In this document: positions 7,436-15,780 of the stretch, piece after piece
How positions within the stretch are numbered: position 1 is the first letter of the stretch
How the letters are laid out: the number at the start of each line of letters is the position of its first letter
From: Candidatus Bathyarchaeia archaeon
GTDB taxonomy: Archaea; Thermoproteota; Bathyarchaeia; Bathyarchaeales; Bathycorpusculaceae
DNA: 29,970 nucleotides
Direction: 5' to 3'
Assembly: GCA_050010515.1 (NCBI GenBank)
Contig: JBEKKX010000030.1
Location: 1-29,970, forward strand
Notes under the pieces: model-generated
What the model saw: the letters and a program-made list of their open reading frames with translations, nothing else
What the model was told of the DNA's origin: nothing
Database searches by the model: none
Position numbers and translations under genes: made by a program

Positions 7436-8845
7436 TCACAAAAGCAGCTGTATATCGTCGAATGCTGCCAGAACCTTCCTTCCACGCTCAGTGATTCGGA
7501 AGAATTTCTTGCCGTTCTCCTCATAGCCGACCACCAACCCCTTATCTGACAGCTCGTTGAGATGTTGATAGACAGCGGCGCGCGTCATTATCTTGCCTAA
7601 TTGTTTCCATAAATCATAACCGTACGTGTCCTTTTCACTGAGAATTTTAAGGATTTTTTGTTTAGTGCTTACTGCAAGCCCTAAGCCTGCGGTTTTCTGT
7701 TTTTTCGTCATCGCCTGAAGAACATCGGTCGCTTTTAGCCCGCTCCCCGTGATAAGGCAGACTACGCTGCTGTCGCTGGAAATTCGGTCAACTTTCAGTT
7801 TCTGCAGTGCAGCCACCGTGGCTGAGCTGGCTGGTTCAGCGAAGACTCCTTCAAGCTTAGCTACTTGAAGCTCTGCAGCCAAAATATCAGCGTCTGAGAC
7901 AGTTAAAGCTAAGCCGTTTGATTCTTGAATCGCTTTAATTGCTAATTCGCTTTGTAATGGCTCGCCAACGAGAATAGCTAAGGCACGAGTGGATGGGTTG
8001 CAGGATTTTGAAGATTTTGAAGATTTTGAAGATGATTGTTCTGTTAGTTCGTTGACTATTGGGGCACAGCCTTCTGTCTGGACTCCTATCATTCGTGGCA
8101 ACGAGCGGGTTAGCCCTAACTTTTTGAGTTCTTTAAACCCTTTCCAAAGAGAATAGATGGTCCCGCCGCTTCCCATCGAAACTATAACCCAATCAGGAAC
8201 CGCAAACTGCTCATTAATTTCGAACGAAATAGTTTTTTGAGCTTCAACAACCAACGGGTTAAGTTCGGCAGTCGCTTGATACCAGCCTGTTTCCTTGGCT
8301 AAGGCAGAGGCCTTGCGGATGGAGTCATCCACAATGTCGCCTGATTCCTCGATGACGGCGTCGTAAGCAATCATCTGCGCCAGTTTTCCAACATCAACAA
8401 CTTTGGGAACCAAGACGTGGCAAATCAGTCCTGCTTTTGCGCCGTAGGCAGCTAAAGAAGCGCCCATGTTCCCGTTAGTGGCGCATACTATTGCCTCAAA
8501 GCCTTGGTCAATCGCGTTTGATGTCAAGAAAGCTGCTGCGCGATCTCTGTAAGAGTTTGTGGGGTTGCGTGTTTCATCCTTCAAATAAAGGTTCTTTAAC
8601 CCGACGGCTTTGGCAAGTCTTTCAGCCTTATGCAATGGTGTTCCGCCCTCTCCCAAACTGACCATGTGCTTAACAGGCGGAAGCATCTCTCTGTATCTCC
8701 AGAATCCCTGCTCTCTCGAAAATTTCAATTTTTCAGCTTCAGGTAAGTCAGCTATGAATTCCAGTGTGCCGCCGCATTTTTCACAGTTGCTTCTCAACGG
8801 GTAAACTGGAAGCTCTGTACCGCAGTGAATGCATCGAAGCATCAA
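7436..8845 (-). CDS. Threonine-synthase-like PLP fold-II protein lacking the catalytic Lys, fused to a C-terminal PadR-like winged helix
   Basis: N-terminal CxxC..CxxC, SLGEGGTPL, NPTNSYRDR (canonical NPTGSFKDR), EPASS, ITGSGLK, then ILKILSEKDTYGYDLWKQL..AVYQHLNELSDKGLV..FFRITERG. Confidence 0.9.
   Translation of the reverse strand: MMLRCIHCGTELPVYPLRSNCEKCGGTLEFIADLPEAEKLKFSREQGFWRYREMLPPVKHMVSLGEGGTPLHKAERLAKAVGLKNLYLKDETRNPTNSYRDRAAAFLTSNAIDQGFEAIVCATNGNMGASLAAYGAKAGLICHVLVPKVVDVGKLAQMIAYDAVIEESGDIVDDSIRKASALAKETGWYQATAELNPLVVEAQKTISFEINEQFAVPDWVIVSMGSGGTIYSLWKGFKELKKLGLTRSLPRMIGVQTEGCAPIVNELTEQSSSKSSKSSKSCNPSTRALAILVGEPLQSELAIKAIQESNGLALTVSDADILAAELQVAKLEGVFAEPASSATVAALQKLKVDRISSDSSVVCLITGSGLKATDVLQAMTKKQKTAGLGLAVSTKQKILKILSEKDTYGYDLWKQLGKIMTRAAVYQHLNELSDKGLVVGYEENGKKFFRITERGRKVLAAFDDIQLLL
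8004..8033. repeat. In-frame 9-bp tandem repeat (GATTTTGAA)x3
   Basis: Three exact copies plus GAT; encodes SSKSSKSSK on the minus strand. Confidence 0.9.
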
Positions 8846-8992
8846 GTTTTATTCCCCACTACCTGCATGTTGGAAGAGCCTTTTATGTTATGCCATTTGC
8901 TGATTAGTTCTGTTCTTTTGGAGCAAAGCATTTAGGAGAGGAAAATCTAAATGGGAGTTCACCTCAAAATAGACGATTATGAGTGATAATTG

Positions 8993-9370
8993 ATGAGCGT
9001 AAGAGAAGACCCAATAAAAATGCATAAAGAAGCTAATTCGCTGATGGAAAACGGCAAATACGTTGAAGCAAGAGACATTTTCATCAAAGTGGCAGACCTA
9101 TACTATAAAGGCCAGAACTATTTCGGGTCAGCAGAAATGAACTATAAAGCTGGCGAATGCGCCTTTGCCCTCAAAGAATACGAGAAAGGCGTGGAATTTT
9201 TTATGAAGTCCGCTGACATCTCGTTTAATAAGGGATTCGACAGGTACGGCGTTAGCGCGCTTGATTATGCACGAGACTGCCAAAAAGCCTTAGGCAACAC
9301 AAAGGAAGTTGAAGAGCTAAGCAAGAAAATTAAAGAAGTCAAAGAAAAACTCGAAAGCTCCGGCTTCTAA
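8993..9370 (+). CDS. Small TPR-like all-helical protein
   Basis: Repeated motifs GKYVEA..F..VA.LY, YKAGECAFALKEYEKG and YARDCQKALG. Confidence 0.8.
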   Translation: MSVREDPIKMHKEANSLMENGKYVEARDIFIKVADLYYKGQNYFGSAEMNYKAGECAFALKEYEKGVEFFMKSADISFNKGFDRYGVSALDYARDCQKALGNTKEVEELSKKIKEVKEKLESSGF

Positions 9371-9460
9371 GAGCCTAACTTTTCTTTTATCCGGGAATTT
9401 ACCGTTTTTTGAGGTTTTAACATTTTGGTGATTTGTTATATGGCTGGAAATTTTGCTAGC

Positions 9461-9497
9461 TTAATCATGATTAACTTTAAGTTAATTGCAGTTAACT
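9461..9497. promoter_or_regulatory. Overlapping palindromes around a TATA-like element upstream of the wHTH gene
   Basis: TTAATCATGATTAA 9461-9474 (perfect), ATTAACTT-T-AAGTTAAT 9470-9486, AGTTAACT 9490-9497. Confidence 0.55.
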
Positions 9498-9537
9498 ATA
9501 TATCTTGGAATGCACATGATTAAAATTGGTGCTGAAC

Positions 9538-9858
9538 ATGAGTATCGAAAACTTAGTTATGCAGGCAAGCAAAAAATGTGAAATATTCGCAAACCCAATA
9601 AGAAGCTTCATCGCCGCATTTATCGCTGCCAAAGAAGAAGCAACATGGTCTGAACTGAAAGGTGCAATAGAAAAATGGGCAGGCAACGTCAACCCCAACA
9701 CGTTAAGCTTCCACCTAGGCGAACTTATGAGCGCAGGGTTTATAGTGAAAGTAGACATTAGGGGACAACCAAGATACACCGTTGTAAAAGAAAAACTCCC
9801 CGAACTACAGAGCCTGCTTGGAGAAGAACTCCTCCAAGCTGTAAAGGAGACTGCTTGA
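9538..9858 (+). CDS. ArsR-like winged-helix transcriptional regulator
   Basis: FANPIR..I..ATWSEL..NTLSFHLGELMSAGFI..RY; ATG 9538 follows GGTG. Confidence 0.85.
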   Translation: MSIENLVMQASKKCEIFANPIRSFIAAFIAAKEEATWSELKGAIEKWAGNVNPNTLSFHLGELMSAGFIVKVDIRGQPRYTVVKEKLPELQSLLGEELLQAVKETA

Positions 9859-10118
9859 TAATGCAAAAAAGACATAATTTACTTGAAATAAAAAACACGC
9901 TAAGGCAGCAAATTTCTGAAGCGTTGAATGAAGGTTATATGAACGTTGAAATAGAAATCTTTGACATGAACTTGAACGGTACTTACTCTGTCAAAGGTTC
10001 ATTCAACGTCGTTCCCTTCTTATCAACAACATTAAAAAGAAAAGGCACTTTTGTAACTGAACTTGATGAGAACTTACAAATTGTAAGTCTGAAGTTAACT
10101 GAGGATAAACAGCAGTGA
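9855..10118 (+). CDS. Hypothetical protein (helix followed by beta meander)
   Basis: 87-aa ORF overlapping the upstream stop, operon-like packing. Confidence 0.7.
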   Translation: MIMQKRHNLLEIKNTLRQQISEALNEGYMNVEIEIFDMNLNGTYSVKGSFNVVPFLSTTLKRKGTFVTELDENLQIVSLKLTEDKQQ

Positions 10119-10125
10119 AATTCAA

Positions 10126-10746
10126 TTGGACAAACCCTTAGTCACAGTTTTGCTATTGGGTAGTTTCGATCCTCAAACGAAAGCCAGACTGGAAAGCGTT
10201 AAGGACGAAATAGTGAAGACTTTTTCAGGAGAGAACACATATGCATTGCTTCTTGATAGCGTAGAAGTGTATTTTTCAGATGTCGTGGAAGTCTTGACAG
10301 AGCTTTCAAACGAAAACACGATTACCCTATTTGTATTTCAAGACAATCAACTTATTGATATGGCAGACCTAAAACTTGAAAAAGACGCCGACAGCACTGT
10401 TTATGATTACTTAAAAAAGCAATATAGAATCAAACAATTCAGTAGGCGGCCTATTTTTGAGAAGCTTGATGTATTAATGCGAAATGCTGAAGTTATTTTT
10501 TTGCTAAGGGATAAGGAGGAGACACGAGGGGGCGAATATCTAGAACTGATGCATGCTCTCTTCCGTGATCAGGCTGGAAAATTGTGGTTCCTTAAGAGAA
10601 ATGATATAGTACTTTCGTCAATGCTTATGGAGTATTTAGATAAATATGGCGTTAAACTGCGGACATATCAAGCAGAAAGTGATCTTAAGACAATGGTTAT
10701 AAGGGTTCTTAATTACCAGCTTCAAAATTCTGACACCGCAAATTAG
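10126..10746 (+). CDS. Hypothetical protein, possible nucleoside-deoxyribosyltransferase/TIR-like fold
   Basis: VLLLGSF..RLESVKDEI..ALLLD ... EKLDVLMRNAEVIFLL..TRGGEYLEL..KLWFLKR pattern. Confidence 0.7.
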   Translation: MDKPLVTVLLLGSFDPQTKARLESVKDEIVKTFSGENTYALLLDSVEVYFSDVVEVLTELSNENTITLFVFQDNQLIDMADLKLEKDADSTVYDYLKKQYRIKQFSRRPIFEKLDVLMRNAEVIFLLRDKEETRGGEYLELMHALFRDQAGKLWFLKRNDIVLSSMLMEYLDKYGVKLRTYQAESDLKTMVIRVLNYQLQNSDTAN

Positions 10747-10835
10747 AGCGTATTAGTTTTTGTTTTCCTTCGCTGCTATTGTTAGAAACAATTCTTAGAA
10801 ATCCATAATAAAATGAAATGGGTAATCTCTAAAGG

Positions 10836-12545
10836 TTGAATTTCACGTATTTGCTTTCATCTTTCAAATCCTTCTGTGAAATCCTAGACAAAGTTGAAGC
10901 GACGAAAAAACGGCTAGAAATCATAGATTTAACTGCAAACTACCTGAAAACGCTCAGTTCAGAAGAGATTGAGCCTGCAACTAACATGATGGTTGGCAGA
11001 GCATTCCCAAAATACAGCCAAAAGTCGCTTGATGTAAACTGGTCAACCCTGACCCGAGTTTTAGAGCGTATAAGCCACTTTGATTGGAACCTTTTCCGCC
11101 AAGCCATGGCAAGCACAGGTGACATAGGTTCGGCTACAAAAGCAGTGCTTGAGAAAACTAAAGCAAAAAAGCAAACGCAGCTAACGCACAAATCCTTGAC
11201 CATAGTGGAAGTCAGGCGAGCGCTAGAAGCTATCGCTCAAACCACAGGCGCAGGTTCAAGAACCAAAAAAGAACGCCTAATAACAAGCCTACTAAGCCAA
11301 GCTACCTCAGTTGAAGCCAAATACCTCGTCAAAATCTTCACAGGAGAAATGCGCATAGGACTCCATGAAGGCTTAATGGAACAAGCCGTTGCCAGAGCCT
11401 TCAACGTTCCAATAAAGAAAGTGCAGCACGCCAGCATGGTGCTAGGCGACATAGGTGAAGTGGCGGCAACACTCAAAACCCGAGGCATAGAAGGCTTGAA
11501 GAGAGCAGGCTTCAGCGTTTTCAGGCCTGTAAAACTCATGCTTGCCCAAACAGCCCAAACAGTAAACGAAGCATTGGCAGAGCATGGTGGCAGAACTGCT
11601 TTCGAATACAAGTACGACGGTGCAAGGGTCCAAATTCACAAGCAAAACGGCTCGGTAGAGGTTTTCAGCAGAAGACTAACTAATGTGACAGAAAGCCTCC
11701 CAGAAATCGTTGAAATCGTAAATCGCAACATTAAAGCGCAGTCAGCCATCGTTGAAGGCGAAGTAATTGCGCTTGATAGAGCTGGTTACCCGATTGCGTT
11801 TCAACATTTAATGCGCCGGTTCAAACGAATCCGCAATGTCACAAGTATGGTGCAGAGAATTCCCTTAACTCTTTACTTGTTTGATGTTCTCTACCTTAAT
11901 GGTGAAAGCCTAATCATGCTGCCATACTTGCAACGCAGGCAAATCTTGGCGCAGAATGCTGGGGAAATTGCCTTATCCAAACAAATAGTCACCGATAAAA
12001 TCGATCAAGCGGAAGGTTTTCTCAAAGAAGCAATAGCCGCTGGGCACGAAGGACTAATGGCAAAACAACTTGATAGCCCCTACACGCCTGGAAGCAGAGG
12101 AAAAAAGTGGCTGAAAATCAAAACAGTCCTCGAACCCTTAGACCTCGTAATTACCGCCGCTGAGTACGGCTATGGAAGGCGAAAAGGTTGGCTTTCCGAT
12201 TACTACTTGGCAGCAAGAGACCCCAAAACGGGTGAATTTTTGAATGTGGGTAAAACTTTCAAGGGTTTAACCGATGCTGAAATCATAGAGATGACCAAGC
12301 AGTTAAAGGCTTATGCAGTTGGACAGGAAGGGCATCGGGTAATAGTTATTCCTAAAATCGTGGTTGAGGTGGCTTATAATGAGATTCAGAAAAGCCCAAA
12401 ATACAAGAGCCAAATGGCGCTGCGGTTTGCCCGAATCAGCCGCATAAGAGACGATAAAACTCCCCAAGAAGCTGACAGTATTGATAAGGTTAGGGAAATA
12501 TATGAAAGACAGTTCCGCATAAAAGGCAAATATAACACTGAATAA
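10836..12545 (+). CDS. lig: ATP-dependent DNA ligase
   Basis: EYKYDGARVQIH (motif I), EGEV, FDVLYLNG, EGLMAK, WLKIK, LRFARISRIRDDK. Confidence 0.97.
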   Translation: MNFTYLLSSFKSFCEILDKVEATKKRLEIIDLTANYLKTLSSEEIEPATNMMVGRAFPKYSQKSLDVNWSTLTRVLERISHFDWNLFRQAMASTGDIGSATKAVLEKTKAKKQTQLTHKSLTIVEVRRALEAIAQTTGAGSRTKKERLITSLLSQATSVEAKYLVKIFTGEMRIGLHEGLMEQAVARAFNVPIKKVQHASMVLGDIGEVAATLKTRGIEGLKRAGFSVFRPVKLMLAQTAQTVNEALAEHGGRTAFEYKYDGARVQIHKQNGSVEVFSRRLTNVTESLPEIVEIVNRNIKAQSAIVEGEVIALDRAGYPIAFQHLMRRFKRIRNVTSMVQRIPLTLYLFDVLYLNGESLIMLPYLQRRQILAQNAGEIALSKQIVTDKIDQAEGFLKEAIAAGHEGLMAKQLDSPYTPGSRGKKWLKIKTVLEPLDLVITAAEYGYGRRKGWLSDYYLAARDPKTGEFLNVGKTFKGLTDAEIIEMTKQLKAYAVGQEGHRVIVIPKIVVEVAYNEIQKSPKYKSQMALRFARISRIRDDKTPQEADSIDKVREIYERQFRIKGKYNTE

Positions 12546-12563
12546 CAACACTCACTTTGGAGA

Positions 12564-13613
12564 ATGATTAAGGTGGATGCAGCAGAAAAGAAAGTGTTCG
12601 CTAAAAAATTCTACAGTCGCCAAACAATACTAAAAGAACTGGGCGAAAAAGGACAGCGGCAACTAGCAAAATCTAAAGTTGCAATTGTCGGCACCGGAGG
12701 ATTAGGGACCGTTTCGTCACTCTATCTTGCTTTAGCTGGCGTCGGCTACATACGCTTAATCGACCAAGACACTGTAGAAACCCATAACCTGCATAGGCAA
12801 ATCCTGTACAACCCAGACGACTTGCACTATCCAAAAACTGAAGTTGCCGCAAAAAAACTAGAAAAACTCAACCCACTCGTAAAAGTTGAAGCAATTCCTG
12901 AAAATGTGAACGCAAGCAACGTTGAACGCCTTTTGCAAGGCGTGGACTGTGTTGTTGACGGTTTAGATAACATGGTGACTCGTTACCTTGTTAATCGTGC
13001 CTGCGTAAAATCAAAGATTCCATACGTTTTCGGCGCAGCCATCGGTATCGAAGGCAATCTCTCCGTGTTTGCTCAGCCTGAAACTGGATGCTTGGAATGT
13101 TTGATGCCTAACCTTTCCGATACGGATTTACTAACGTGTAGCACTCGTGGAGTCCTTGGAGCAACAACTGGAATAATCGGCGCTTTGCAAGCCATGGAAA
13201 CCATAAAGCTCTTAGCTGGAATCGGCTCAACTTTGAAGGGTAAACTGCTGGTCTGCGACTTCAGCGACATGGATTTCACCAGCATAGACATTTCGAAAAG
13301 CACCCGCTGCCCAGTCTGCCACGGCGACTTATCTTCAGTTGCTGGCGGCGAACGGCTGGTTTGGCTTTGCGGAAGAGACACAGCTAACATTAACCCTGAA
13401 AAACCGTTAAAACTGAACCTTGAAGAAGTTTACCCAGCTGTAAACAAGCAGTTTAAGGTTCGCTTGAAGTCGCGTTTGGCTCTTATGTTCAATTACAAGG
13501 GTTATGAAGTTAGCCTGTTCAACGGCGGACGCATGCTCATAAAAAACATTACAAGCGAACGGGAAGCGCTAAAGGCGTATAGGGAAATAATCAGCAAGCT
13601 AAATGCTTCTTAG
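12564..13613 (+). CDS. ThiF/MoeB (E1-like) adenylyltransferase with C-terminal extension
   Basis: YSRQ, GTGGLG, NLHRQ, DGLDN, CLEC and CPVC zinc pairs, LCGRD C-terminal domain. Confidence 0.92.
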   Translation: MIKVDAAEKKVFAKKFYSRQTILKELGEKGQRQLAKSKVAIVGTGGLGTVSSLYLALAGVGYIRLIDQDTVETHNLHRQILYNPDDLHYPKTEVAAKKLEKLNPLVKVEAIPENVNASNVERLLQGVDCVVDGLDNMVTRYLVNRACVKSKIPYVFGAAIGIEGNLSVFAQPETGCLECLMPNLSDTDLLTCSTRGVLGATTGIIGALQAMETIKLLAGIGSTLKGKLLVCDFSDMDFTSIDISKSTRCPVCHGDLSSVAGGERLVWLCGRDTANINPEKPLKLNLEEVYPAVNKQFKVRLKSRLALMFNYKGYEVSLFNGGRMLIKNITSEREALKAYREIISKLNAS

Positions 13614-13639
13614 CTGGGCTACTAAAGTTCTATCAAGGG

Positions 13640-14983
13640 CTATAAAAAATGAAAGCCCACGCTCAGTTCAGCCCACAGTACCGCTGAAGCAACAGCCACC
13701 TGTGCGATGGACAGTATGGCACCGACTTTGAGGTATTCTTTGAGGCTGATGTTGACGCCTTTACGCCGCATGGTTTCCAGCCACATCACAATCGCCAAGG
13801 AGCCTAACGGGAAAAAGTGGGGTCCCAGATTGTTTCCGATGATGTTGCTGAAAATCAGTCCCGTTAGGGTTGTTCCAGATGCGCCGATGTGCTGGATGCT
13901 TAGCAAGCCGAGGATTGTCATTGGCCAGTTGTTCATGAAGCTTGCCCCGACGGTTACAACCATGCTTGGCGCGAAAATCCCCAGTGCAGAGGGCAGCTTG
14001 CTTGTCGCTAGGAGAGCGGAGGCTAGCAGGTTTGTGATGCCCGCGGTTTCCAGCCCTTGGACGACGAGGAAAATGCTAAACATGAAGAGCACGATGTCCC
14101 AGTTGATGTCCCTTGCCAAGCCCCTGAGCCCTTTCCTCTCGCCGTTCACCGAGCCGTTCCACTTCAACGTAAACCAGTAAACCCCTATCAGAAACGCTGC
14201 CCCACTGCAGATGACTATCGAGACTGGGAACCGATTCAGAGAGGTCAGCAGGTAGCCTATGTCGATCGCAACCAGCGTAGCCAAGCTTACCCTCAACAGA
14301 AGCGGCGAAATAACCTGTTTTCCCTCGGTTAAGGAATCCGCAGCTTTCACGTCATAGGCTTTAGGAATCTGCTTCCTGAAAAACAGCCAAAACAGCAGTA
14401 GGCTGCTGAGAATAGTCGCCACTGCCACGGGTCCCATGAAGATCAGGTGGTCGATGAAGCTGTACTTGAAGAAATCAGCACTCAAGATGTTGATGGGGTT
14501 GCTGGTGATCAGCGGCATCGCAGCCGTATCCGCCATCAAGCCCGCGCTGAAAAGATATGCCAACTTACCCTTCGAGTCTATGCCCAGGCAAGTTACGATC
14601 TCCAAGACGATGGGGGTTAAAATCAAAACGGCGCTGTCATTCGCAAAAAGGATGCTTACCGCCGCCGTGAGAAGGGAAACGTAGAAGAAAAGCCGCAAGC
14701 CGTTGCCGCCAGCCATCTTGACGACGCGCAGTGCCGCCCACTTAAAGAATCCCATCGCATCCAAAGTCACCGACAAGGCTACAATGCCAAGGAACGCCAA
14801 CGCGGCATCCCAAATGTTGAGGAAGGACTGTGCCGCCTGCCCCAAACTGACCGTGCCTAGCAGAAGCGACGCAACGGCGCCGATTCCAGCCGCGTAGCCT
14901 AGTCGCAAGCCGAAGGGGCGCTTAATCATCAGGAAAAGCGTCACTACGAAAACGGCTACTGCAGCAACTGTGATGTAATCCAC
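13640..14983 (-). CDS. arsB: ArsB-family arsenite/anion permease
   Basis: LDAMGFF, FANDSAVLILTPIV, ADTAAMPLITSNPINI, MNNWP, NLGP..PLGSLA..MW. Confidence 0.85.
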   Translation of the reverse strand: MDYITVAAVAVFVVTLFLMIKRPFGLRLGYAAGIGAVASLLLGTVSLGQAAQSFLNIWDAALAFLGIVALSVTLDAMGFFKWAALRVVKMAGGNGLRLFFYVSLLTAAVSILFANDSAVLILTPIVLEIVTCLGIDSKGKLAYLFSAGLMADTAAMPLITSNPINILSADFFKYSFIDHLIFMGPVAVATILSSLLLFWLFFRKQIPKAYDVKAADSLTEGKQVISPLLLRVSLATLVAIDIGYLLTSLNRFPVSIVICSGAAFLIGVYWFTLKWNGSVNGERKGLRGLARDINWDIVLFMFSIFLVVQGLETAGITNLLASALLATSKLPSALGIFAPSMVVTVGASFMNNWPMTILGLLSIQHIGASGTTLTGLIFSNIIGNNLGPHFFPLGSLAIVMWLETMRRKGVNISLKEYLKVGAILSIAQVAVASAVLWAELSVGFHFL

Positions 14984-15022
14984 GTTTTTGCCCCGCGTTG
15001 TTTAGGAAGCGTTGCCTTCAAG

Positions 15023-15030
15023 TATAAAAA
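15023..15030 (-). promoter_or_regulatory. TATA box of arsB
   Basis: TTTTTATA on the minus strand, 40 bp upstream of the GTG start. Confidence 0.55.
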
Positions 15031-15353
15031 ATTAGCCTACCCAACAGGCGTGGTCTTAAAGAGAAAACAAAAAAATAATGCTCTGTCTCAACAACTCGTT
15101 TTTGGCTTAAATGTTGTTAATTTCCGGACTAACCTTATTGCATAATTTAACGCTTTTCCTTTTCAAGCGAGAAAGCAAAAGCTAAATTTTAAAATCTTTT
15201 AAGGGGACTTTTTTTATAATTTAACATCTTCAGGCGAATATTACGATGGTCTCTAAGTAAGCGTGGCGCTGTTCTGGAAAGTAAACTGCCATTTAACGTT
15301 GAAAAGGCGTACGCGGTTGGGAAACAAATATATTTTAGCCAAGCGAATTATAT

Positions 15354-15614
15354 GTGAATAAACGACAGCGTAAACAAGATACCCAAAAAACGGTTTTGTG
15401 TCCTTACTGTTCACAGCAAGCCACGCTGAACTTCAGATTTTTGGTTCGTGTAAGACCTGCCTTAAAGAAAATTGGAGATGAATATATGATAAATAACGAT
15501 GTTTGCCCGAATTGTAAGTCGACGGCAGAGACCGAACTGGTCATAAAAAACGAGCAAGAGATTTACACAATTTGCAGCGTCTGCAAAAGTGTCCGTTCTA
15601 AGTCATGGATCTAA
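15354..15614 (+). CDS. Small zinc-ribbon protein
   Basis: CPYC, CPNC and CSVC motifs; an alternative internal start MINND follows GGAGA. Confidence 0.55.
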   Translation: MNKRQRKQDTQKTVLCPYCSQQATLNFRFLVRVRPALKKIGDEYMINNDVCPNCKSTAETELVIKNEQEIYTICSVCKSVRSKSWI

Positions 15615-15652
15615 AACCATCCGTACCCCTTAGAGAATCTTTTCTAAAATTT

Positions 15653-15671
15653 AGCCTAAAAAATTTAGGCT
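15653..15671. other. Inverted repeat between convergent genes (terminator or operator)
   Basis: AGCCTAAA-AAA-TTTAGGCT with perfect 8-bp arms; T-tract follows at about 15685. Confidence 0.4.
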
Positions 15672-15780
15672 CTATTTATCTTAGTTTTTTGGAATACAGA
15701 TAATTCCCTAAATGAACCAAACAAGCTTAGAAATATTACTCTAAGGTGGGAAACAAAAAAGTAAAGAAATGGAGAGAAGT

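Noticed and set aside
9538-14983. ArsR-like gene and arsB as one ars operon
   Set aside because: Separated by lig and ThiF/MoeB, on opposite strands, and the regulator has no Cys pair for As binding.
15262-15356. Fragment RGAVLESKLPFNVEKAYAVGKQI resembling a flavodoxin-like C-terminus
   Set aside because: Too short and weak to call.
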